From a virus: a stretch of 64,000 nt of DNA. The stretch spans positions 1 to 64,000 of the IMG/VR virus record IMGVR_UViG_3300020198_000887; one strand, written 5' to 3'. The notes under the pieces are model-generated. The model ran no database searches, was not told the DNA's origin, and saw only the letters and a program-made list of their open reading frames with translations. A program made the translations under genes and the position numbers. Every line of letters starts with the position of its first letter. The first letter of the stretch is position 1. Of the stretch, positions 57,179 to 64,000 are shown in pieces.

Positions 57179-57328
57179 TTCGATAAGAGAAATAGTGCTA
57201 TCCGTCAAGGATTCGATGTATATGTTATTTGGGAATCTGATTGGAATAAAAATAAAAATAGTATAATAGAAAATATAAAAGATTGGTGGAATAATGGCAA
57301 TAACAAAACTAAAAATCAAATCAATTAA
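57179..57328 (+). pseudogene. C-terminal remnant of a Vsr/DUF559-like homing endonuclease
   Basis: FDKRNSAIRQGFDVYVIWESDWNKNKNSIIENIKDWW with no start codon, between the split-intein halves. Confidence 0.65.
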
Positions 57329-58277
57329 ACATCTAGGCAATTTTGATGATGAATACGTATATGACATTGGGATGAAAAATGAAGCACATCCTTGGTTTTT
57401 TGGGAATAATATTTTAATTCATAATTCCTGTTATTTCTCAGCATATTCTACGTTAAAAACTGATATTGACAATGGGACTATTCCGTGGAGTAAAGAAGAT
57501 ATATCTGCATTCTACGATGGAATAGGAAACCTGGTAAATGGTACCTTTCAACGATTTATGCTAGATGCATTTAACTGCCCTGCATCACGGGGTGAAGTTA
57601 TCAAAGCAGGGCGTGAAATCGTTGGGGTTAAGGGATTATTTATTACCAAAAAACGGTATGCAGTGTTAGTATATGATAAAGAAGGTAAACGAAAAGACAC
57701 CAATGGTAAACCTGGTGAAATCAAAGCAATGGGGTTGGATTTAAAGAGATCAGATACCCCAGAATACATGCAAACATTTTTAAGTGACGTCCTTGAAATG
57801 GTATTAGATGGGGTACCAGAATCCGAGGTATTAGATACAATTAAAAATTTTAGATCTAGTTTCAAAGCATTGGATGGGTGGGAAAAAGGATCACCTAAAC
57901 GTGCTAATAATATAACTAAATATCAAAAATTAGAAGAAAAACATGGAAAATCTAATTTACCAGGCCATGTTAGAGCCAGTATAAATTGGAATACCTTGAA
58001 AAGAATTTTTAATGACAAATATTCCATGAATATTACAGATGGTGCAAAAGTAATTGTGTGCAAATTAAAACCAAATCCATTGGGTTTCACAAGTGTAGCA
58101 TATCCAGTAGATGAATTAAGATTGCCGCAGTGGTTTAAAGATTTGCCGTTTGACCACGATGAAATGGAAGCTACCATAATTGACAAAAAGGTAGAAAACT
58201 TGATTGGTGTTCTTAACTTAGATTTACAAAGTACCAATGAAAAAACTACCTTCAGTAAATTGTTTTTCTTCAAATAA
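57294..58277 (+). CDS. polB: split-intein C-fragment (44 aa, to 57425) + family B DNA polymerase C-terminal part
   Basis: YVYDIG...FFGNNILIHN|SCYF...KKRYA...MGLDLKRSDTP. Confidence 0.93.
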   Translation: MAITKLKIKSIKHLGNFDDEYVYDIGMKNEAHPWFFGNNILIHNSCYFSAYSTLKTDIDNGTIPWSKEDISAFYDGIGNLVNGTFQRFMLDAFNCPASRGEVIKAGREIVGVKGLFITKKRYAVLVYDKEGKRKDTNGKPGEIKAMGLDLKRSDTPEYMQTFLSDVLEMVLDGVPESEVLDTIKNFRSSFKALDGWEKGSPKRANNITKYQKLEEKHGKSNLPGHVRASINWNTLKRIFNDKYSMNITDGAKVIVCKLKPNPLGFTSVAYPVDELRLPQWFKDLPFDHDEMEATIIDKKVENLIGVLNLDLQSTNEKTTFSKLFFFK

Positions 58278-58281
58278 TTAA

Positions 58282-58310
58282 TTGACAATTTAAATAATTT
58301 ATAGTATACT
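58282..58310 (+). promoter_or_regulatory. sigma70-type promoter
   Basis: TTGACA, 17-nt spacer, TATACT. Confidence 0.75.
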
Positions 58311-58332
58311 ATATTAAAACTAAAGGATTTAC

Positions 58333-59061
58333 ATGAAAGATTTTTTACAAGATGTGATCTCGCATACACATGCAATCGGGGTTCTACCAATTATCAAAAT
58401 TACATCGTCCGAATCCCAAACAAAAATAGAATCAATTTCCGAAGATTTATCATTGATTTTTGATGCAGTTACCAATACCCCAGTTCCCAATTTGAACGGT
58501 GAATACGGGTTGGCTAATTTAAATATTTTAGATCTACACCTCAAGTGTCCCGAATACAAAAAAGATGCAAATATAACATTTACCACCATTATTAAAGATA
58601 ATGTCACAATAATAAATGGTATTCATTTTGAAAATTCTGCTGGTGATTATTCAAATGATTATAGATTTATGTCAAAAGAAATAGTTGATTTAAAAATCAA
58701 AACTGCAGGGCATAATATTTCAAAATGGGATATTACATTTGAACCTATTCAAGCAAATATCCAACGGTTCAAATACCAAGCATCCGCACATACAAATGAA
58801 ACATTCTTTAAATTTTCAACGAAGGATGGGAATTTAATGGTTAACTTCGGTGATCAAATAACACACAGTGGAAGTTTTATGTTCCACCAAAATGTATCTG
58901 GTAAATTAAAAAATAATATTTCCATTCCTATCACCGAATTTTTAAGTGTATTGAACCTAGTTGGTGATAAAACCATAAAAATCATTGATGTAGGGGCGGT
59001 TCAAGTCACCGTTGACAGTGGGTTGGCTGTTTACAATTACACATTCCCATCACATAACTGA
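58333..59061 (+). CDS. putative sliding clamp (gp45-like)
   Basis: 242 aa directly after polB; alpha/beta pattern ending VTVDSGLAVYNYTFP; clamp loader present in the window. Confidence 0.6.
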   Translation: MKDFLQDVISHTHAIGVLPIIKITSSESQTKIESISEDLSLIFDAVTNTPVPNLNGEYGLANLNILDLHLKCPEYKKDANITFTTIIKDNVTIINGIHFENSAGDYSNDYRFMSKEIVDLKIKTAGHNISKWDITFEPIQANIQRFKYQASAHTNETFFKFSTKDGNLMVNFGDQITHSGSFMFHQNVSGKLKNNISIPITEFLSVLNLVGDKTIKIIDVGAVQVTVDSGLAVYNYTFPSHN

Positions 59062-59071
59062 GGATAAATAA

Positions 59072-59424
59072 ATGGGCGATGAATTTGATTTGAATAAATT
59101 GGTTGATATTTTTGATACTGCAATAAATTTTCTGATAATCCAGCGGTAAAAACGTGCTTCAATAACTGAATGATAGTAACTGCGATTGCACACACAGAAG
59201 ATAAAGAATCCATTGGTCCATTCCGTGGATTAATTAACCGGATTGCCACGGTGGAACGAGAACTGCATCTCAAAATGGAGTATTTAGAATATTCCATTAA
59301 ACAATTGGAACAGGCAAACAACAACGGATGACCAAACTCGACACTGGTACCCGGACAGAGAATGTGGCTAGACAGCACTCGCATAAATTCTAATGGCGGT
59401 AGTCCGTACACTGCCATTTCATAA
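59072..59424 (+). pseudogene. decayed hypothetical gene
   Basis: AGGA RBS; MGDEFDLNKLVDIFDTAI, then frameshift to SDNPAVKTCFNN* and further stops. Confidence 0.4.
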
Positions 59425-59473
59425 CCGCTACTCGATAGCATTTTTAATAACATTATTATACAAGGAAGATATA

Positions 59474-59716
59474 ATGGCTAAAAACTACAAAACATTCTCA
59501 TATTTTGAATCACGCCCAGACATCGTGAAACTTTTTGAAGACCTAGAAGCATTTCACGATTTTTGTAGATTCGAACTCAGAAAATTTGATCCTGCTGAGT
59601 TATATCGCAAAGATTCAAAATCATATGGTGCGTTTTTGGCAAGTAAACGCCCAAAAAAACCATATCAGGGAAATCGCCCATGGGATAAAAATAAATCAAA
59701 ATTTATTAAAAAGTAG
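59474..59716 (+). CDS. hypothetical protein
   Basis: AAGGAAG RBS; FEDLEAFHDFCRFELRKFDPAELY. Confidence 0.7.
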   Translation: MAKNYKTFSYFESRPDIVKLFEDLEAFHDFCRFELRKFDPAELYRKDSKSYGAFLASKRPKKPYQGNRPWDKNKSKFIKK

Positions 59717-59765
59717 TTAATACGGTGGTGATTTATCACCACCTGTTTATTCAAGGAAGAACACA

Positions 59766-60164
59766 ATGAATGATACCATAACGATTACTTTACCATCGGA
59801 TGGCGCTGATACAACTGATACCATCACAATTACTTCGTCAGATCTTAATATATATGATTATTCAGTACCATCTTTTTATTCAGATACGATAATCTCAGCC
59901 GTAAACACCGTATCACCAGTGTCTTCAACAATGACCAATTACTCACCAACACCGATATTTACCACTAGCTCGTATTCGAGTATTGATACTAGCTGGTTAT
60001 TTACACCGCAACCAACTCCCTTTATATCTGGATTTCCAGAGTGGGATGATTTTACAAATATGCGCAACGAATATCCAACATTAGACAACGCATTTGAAAA
60101 TTTAAAAATTGTGTATAAATTATGCGAAAGTGATTGGGAAAGTACCAAGAGAGAATCACAATGA
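59766..60164 (+). CDS. hypothetical Ser/Thr-rich protein
   Basis: AAGGAAG RBS; EYPTLDNAFENLKIVYKL. Confidence 0.65.
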   Translation: MNDTITITLPSDGADTTDTITITSSDLNIYDYSVPSFYSDTIISAVNTVSPVSSTMTNYSPTPIFTTSSYSSIDTSWLFTPQPTPFISGFPEWDDFTNMRNEYPTLDNAFENLKIVYKLCESDWESTKRESQ

Positions 60165-60448
60165 CAATACCTGTCCCATATGTTATGAATCAAAATGTGG
60201 CTGATTCAACAAACGCTATACTTAGTAGTACACTTCCAACCACCAATACAGTACATATACACGGTGAATTGATGATGAATGGCGAAAATATTGATGACCG
60301 ATTAAAAAGAATAGAAAAAATGTTGCATATTCCATCAAGAAATATTATAATGGAAGGAAAATATGATAAGCTCAACAAGCTTTGGAAAGAATACATTGCA
60401 ACACTCGAATCACACACCACTTGGGAAAATATTAAGGAATCATCATGA
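60161..60448 (+). CDS. hypothetical protein
   Basis: ATGA-coupled ORF. Confidence 0.6.
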   Translation: MTIPVPYVMNQNVADSTNAILSSTLPTTNTVHIHGELMMNGENIDDRLKRIEKMLHIPSRNIIMEGKYDKLNKLWKEYIATLESHTTWENIKESS

Positions 60449-60624
60449 AACCAACCGTCATACTATCAGAAAGCTGCATTGAAAATTACACCGGAACAAT
60501 TGCTGAATTAGATAATGTAAAAAAAATGTTAAGTAAACTGACCATTGATGATTTTGAAAATATAGCAACATCTATTACATTTAATGCAGATAATTTTGAT
60601 AAAATATTTGAGATTCAGCTATGA
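60445..60624 (+). CDS. small hypothetical protein
   Basis: ATGA-coupled 59-aa ORF. Confidence 0.45.
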   Translation: MKPTVILSESCIENYTGTIAELDNVKKMLSKLTIDDFENIATSITFNADNFDKIFEIQL

Positions 60625-60794
60625 GCTTATCAAGACAAGAAATTAAAGATAAAATCTGCATGGTCGAAACTGACTTGGAAAATTTGCGCAACAACTCATC
60701 AAGTGATAAAAAACTTTCTATCTTATCTGAATACCGTGATTATTTAAAAGATGAACTTAAATTACTTGATCAATCCCAGCAGGACACCCAATGA
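60621..60794 (+). CDS. small hypothetical coiled-coil protein
   Basis: ATGA-coupled 57-aa ORF. Confidence 0.45.
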   Translation: MSLSRQEIKDKICMVETDLENLRNNSSSDKKLSILSEYRDYLKDELKLLDQSQQDTQ

Positions 60795-61258
60795 CTAAAT
60801 TAACAGCAGAAATACCAGCTGCTGGTATAATGAAAACGAATGACTTTGGTGATTCAATCTATTATGCGGTCGCATGTCAATGTGGAAATCCAGATGATAT
60901 GATTAGGTTTTCTGTTGAACTCGAAGTGGATTCATATGAGATCACTCTTAATACTGAATTCACAACGAAATCTTCCTACTGGAAGACCCCATTTAAAGAA
61001 ACCAGTAATTTTAACAATAGTACATTGTGGTCCATTGATTATTGCACTAGACGATTTTTAAATAGCATATACCATCGAGTTATTACTTCTTGGGAAGTTT
61101 GGGTCTATGGCTATATCACTCATTACGAATCAACTATAATGAGTGAACAGCAAGCACTGAATTATGCAAATACCATAATGCAATCAATTGAAAATTTAAA
61201 CCAATTAAAAAGTAAAAATAAAGAAAAATATGAAACTGACGCGCAAGATGGGTGCTAA
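60791..61258 (+). CDS. hypothetical protein
   Basis: AGGA RBS; CQCG motif. Confidence 0.65.
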   Translation: MTKLTAEIPAAGIMKTNDFGDSIYYAVACQCGNPDDMIRFSVELEVDSYEITLNTEFTTKSSYWKTPFKETSNFNNSTLWSIDYCTRRFLNSIYHRVITSWEVWVYGYITHYESTIMSEQQALNYANTIMQSIENLNQLKSKNKEKYETDAQDGC

Positions 61259-61403
61259 TGGATATTTTAATTAGAATTATTGAACTGTGTGTAGGATTAT
61301 TTGTATATTTGGGGGGTCGGTTGCCTCGTAATTATAGTATGTTCTAAAAATGCATTGTCTAAGTGTGACCAATGTAAAACTCGATGTGAATGTGAGAAAA
61401 ATA

Positions 61404-61859
61404 ATGATTAAGAAATTTTTTAAAGATATTATTGGTATTACCAATAAAGAAGCCAAGAAAAGAGAAGCAGAGATGGTCAAAGAACAATTGGCTGTTAAAA
61501 AACAAAAACGAAAAGAAGCCGCTGAAAAACGAAAAGACAAAAAGGAAAGTAGTAATTTATCGCCAAAGGAAATTGCAACTAAACGAAAAGAACCTTGGGT
61601 TGATGTTATTGGCTTCAAAGTAAATCAACACAATATTAGAAATGGTTTTTATGAACTAGATTGGAATGAATTCTTCATTGCTGAACTTAAAAAAGAAGGA
61701 TACGGGTACAATGGTGACCCAGATGAAGAAATTGTAGATAGATGGTTCAGAGATATTTGTATCAACGCGGCTGCTGAAGAAGGTATCGACATGAATGATA
61801 GAACAGCTGGATATATAAATGTTACTAAACTCACCGGTGGAAAAGCCGAGGTAAAATAA
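61404..61859 (+). CDS. conserved hypothetical phage protein
   Basis: KEPWVDV...GFYELDWNEFFI...EEIVDRWF. Confidence 0.7.
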   Translation: MIKKFFKDIIGITNKEAKKREAEMVKEQLAVKKQKRKEAAEKRKDKKESSNLSPKEIATKRKEPWVDVIGFKVNQHNIRNGFYELDWNEFFIAELKKEGYGYNGDPDEEIVDRWFRDICINAAAEEGIDMNDRTAGYINVTKLTGGKAEVK

Positions 61860-62845
61860 TGACTTATATAATAATTGACTTGTCAAATTTGTTTCACCGT
61901 GCTAAACATGCGATCCAAGGCAGTGCTGAATTAAAACTTGGAATGTCTTTGCATATTACACTTAATGCAATCCGTAAATGTTGGCAAGATTTCAATGGAA
62001 ACCACGTAGTGGTGTGTTTGGAAGGACGGAGCTGGCGAAAAGATTTTTATGACCCATACAAACGAAACCGGGACGTATTAAGAGCAGCAATGACCGTAAA
62101 AGAGAAAGAAGAAGAAGAATTGTTCTGGGAAGCATATGCCCAATTTAACTCATTTCTGATTGAAAAAACTAATTGTACCGTCTTACAACACCCATTACTA
62201 GAGGCAGATGATTTAATTGCTGGCTTCATTCAACAACACCCTACATCAACCCACGTTATCATTAGTACTGATAGTGATTTTCAACAATTAATTAGTGAAA
62301 ATGTCAGTCAATACAACGGTGTTGATGATATTCATATAACTAATATTGGGTATTTTGATGCAAAAGGAAAGCCAATTAACGATAAAAAGACTGGTAAAAT
62401 AAAAATGCCAATTAATCCAGAATGGATGCTTTTTGAAAAATGCATACGCGGTGATAAAAGTGATAATGTGTTTTCCGCATATCCAGGTGTTCGAACAAAA
62501 GGCACAAAAACCAAGGTTGGATTAACCGAAGCATTTGCTGACAAACATAATAAAGGGTATGCGTGGAATAACTTAATGTTGCAACGATGGGTTGACCACA
62601 ATGACGACGAACATCGAGTTTTAGATGATTATGAAAGAAATAGACGATTAATTGATTTATCATACCAACCAGATGAGATAAAAGAAATAATCAAAGAAAC
62701 AATTAACACGAATGCTATACCAAAAGATATTTCACAAGTTGGTATTCGTATGTTAAAATTTTGTCAATCGTTTGATATGAAACGAATGATGGATAACATT
62801 CAGCAATTCGCTGAACCGTTACAAGCAAAATATACAGGGGAATAA
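61859..62845 (+). CDS. rnh: RNase H/5'-3' exonuclease (T4 rnh/FEN-like)
   Basis: IIDLSN, SWRKDFY..YKRNR, EADDLIA, ISTDSDF, GDKSDNV. Confidence 0.88.
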   Translation: MTYIIIDLSNLFHRAKHAIQGSAELKLGMSLHITLNAIRKCWQDFNGNHVVVCLEGRSWRKDFYDPYKRNRDVLRAAMTVKEKEEEELFWEAYAQFNSFLIEKTNCTVLQHPLLEADDLIAGFIQQHPTSTHVIISTDSDFQQLISENVSQYNGVDDIHITNIGYFDAKGKPINDKKTGKIKMPINPEWMLFEKCIRGDKSDNVFSAYPGVRTKGTKTKVGLTEAFADKHNKGYAWNNLMLQRWVDHNDDEHRVLDDYERNRRLIDLSYQPDEIKEIIKETINTNAIPKDISQVGIRMLKFCQSFDMKRMMDNIQQFAEPLQAKYTGE

Positions 62846-62847
62846 CA

Positions 62848-63045
62848 ATGAAAATAACAGTACCAAGTGACAAATTGACAAAAGTAGAAGAATCATTAAC
62901 ATTATACAAATATGATAATGGATACATGATTGAAGTAAGCGGTCGGGACGCGGATGATGAATGGGTAGTATCCAAAATTATCGTGTCTTCATTGGATGAA
63001 GTATTTGAAATCATCAAAAATGTAGATTCATTACCACGATCTTAA
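62848..63045 (+). CDS. hypothetical protein
   Basis: 65-aa ORF; YDNGYMIEVSGR. Confidence 0.65.
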   Translation: MKITVPSDKLTKVEESLTLYKYDNGYMIEVSGRDADDEWVVSKIIVSSLDEVFEIIKNVDSLPRS

Positions 63046-63046
63046 T

Positions 63047-63649
63047 ATGACATCCCTATTAACATCACGAACATACAAAATTGAAATTAGCGGCAATGGC
63101 GGTGAAATTGTTGTAGGCAAGGTTAATCGGGCAGCATACGATTATCTTGACAAATATGAAATTGACATCACTGAGATGGTTGATGACGCCCATAATGAGT
63201 TAGAAATCCCAGCAGAATATTTGATTATCAAGAATGGTGTATGGGAAGAATGTGATAATATTGCACATGAAAATGGCGCAACAATGGATGCGTTAAGTAC
63301 CATCACAGTTTACGATGAAATGGGTGATAAAGTGTGGACTGCGCCGTTGGACATTGACTACTTAACAACCAATAACATTGAATGTGAAAAAATAGCAGAA
63401 CAGTATATTCATGGCCTCATTGATTTAGACGCTGTTTTCAAAGGGCAGTCAACTGAAAAAGGTTTATTTTTTGGTGGTACGTTTACTTCATTAAGTGAAT
63501 TTATCCCATCACAATTAAAATTTGAATACAGTAATATTGACGGATGGGTAATATTCGCAAGTATTCAATATGATGGTGATTATGTTGATAATTACGAATA
63601 TGATACTAAGATAACTGATATGTTTTTTGACCTTATTTTAATAAAATAA
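63047..63649 (+). CDS. hypothetical acidic protein
   Basis: 200-aa ORF. Confidence 0.7.
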   Translation: MTSLLTSRTYKIEISGNGGEIVVGKVNRAAYDYLDKYEIDITEMVDDAHNELEIPAEYLIIKNGVWEECDNIAHENGATMDALSTITVYDEMGDKVWTAPLDIDYLTTNNIECEKIAEQYIHGLIDLDAVFKGQSTEKGLFFGGTFTSLSEFIPSQLKFEYSNIDGWVIFASIQYDGDYVDNYEYDTKITDMFFDLILIK

Positions 63650-63655
63650 TATTAC

Positions 63656-63684
63656 TTGACACATTGTACAATGTGTGTTACAAT
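63656..63684 (+). promoter_or_regulatory. sigma70-type promoter
   Basis: TTGACA, 17-nt spacer, TACAAT. Confidence 0.7.
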
Positions 63685-63733
63685 ATCCTTGTTTTTTAAA
63701 TAATACTTATTTCAACTTTATAGGAAATTTAAT

Positions 63734-64000
63734 ATGACCGATATCATTACAAATGAAATTGCATCTGGTACACGAGATAAAAAACCTGGACATAAACATC
63801 AATTATCAACTGTTCCGTCTTTTCTTGATAAATTAAATATCAGAGGAAAATACGAAAATCATAAATTAGCAAAAGCATGGGCTTGGCGAAACTATGACCA
63901 CGGGGAAGTATTTGCCAATTCATTAGAAGTTGAAAATATTACATTTAATCAAAATATTTTTATTGAAGATACGACAGACCTTTATGCAAAACTTATCCGA
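63734..64000 (+). CDS. hypothetical protein, truncated by the window end
   Basis: AGGA RBS, ATG 63734, open to the window edge. Confidence 0.55.
   Translation, partial: MTDIITNEIASGTRDKKPGHKHQLSTVPSFLDKLNIRGKYENHKLAKAWAWRNYDHGEVFANSLEVENITFNQNIFIEDTTDLYAKLIR

Noticed and set aside
57173-57296. Polymerase break as a sequencing frameshift
   Set aside because: The break falls at the canonical intein split position, with a double stop, a different downstream frame and an endonuclease remnant in the gap.
1-64000. Bacterial chromosome origin, given clpP, infA, groES, dnaJ and tRNAs
   Set aside because: Baseplate/fiber genes, T4-type PolB, clamp loader, lysis cassette and late promoters show a phage genome.

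Overview
AT-rich, gene-dense segment of a large (jumbo-size) T4-related tailed phage. The host is probably a gammaproteobacterial methanotroph, inferred from a decayed pmoC. From left to right: (i) an mtnD-like gene and a tRNA cluster (1.2-5.2 kb) with two group I introns, one carrying an antisense HNH gene, and several atypical or decaying tRNAs; (ii) six copies of a covarying closing stem with a CAGCA(A) motif, interleaved with the tRNAs. Two copies enclose circularly permuted tRNA modules (YrlA/Y-RNA-like) and the last sits in the leader of a TROVE/Ro60-like vWA gene; (iii) metabolic and translation genes (infA, clpP, DNA ligase, phosphoesterases, HD hydrolase, MazG-like, pmoC pseudogene); (iv) tail/baseplate genes including a 3243-aa protein; (v) clamp loader, phoH, lysis cassette, dnaJ, and a clpA-like gene split by an atypically split intein with a 26-aa N-fragment; (vi) a three-gene nucleotidyltransferase module and probable internal head proteins; (vii) a family B DNA polymerase whose YGDTDS motif carries two homologous inteins only two residues apart, the second split around a Vsr-like endonuclease remnant; then sliding clamp and RNase H-like 5'-3' exonuclease. 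The most notable candidates are the Ro60-like protein with its six-member modular RNA family and the two trans-splicing-dependent genes. All calls come from motif reading; no database searches were run.
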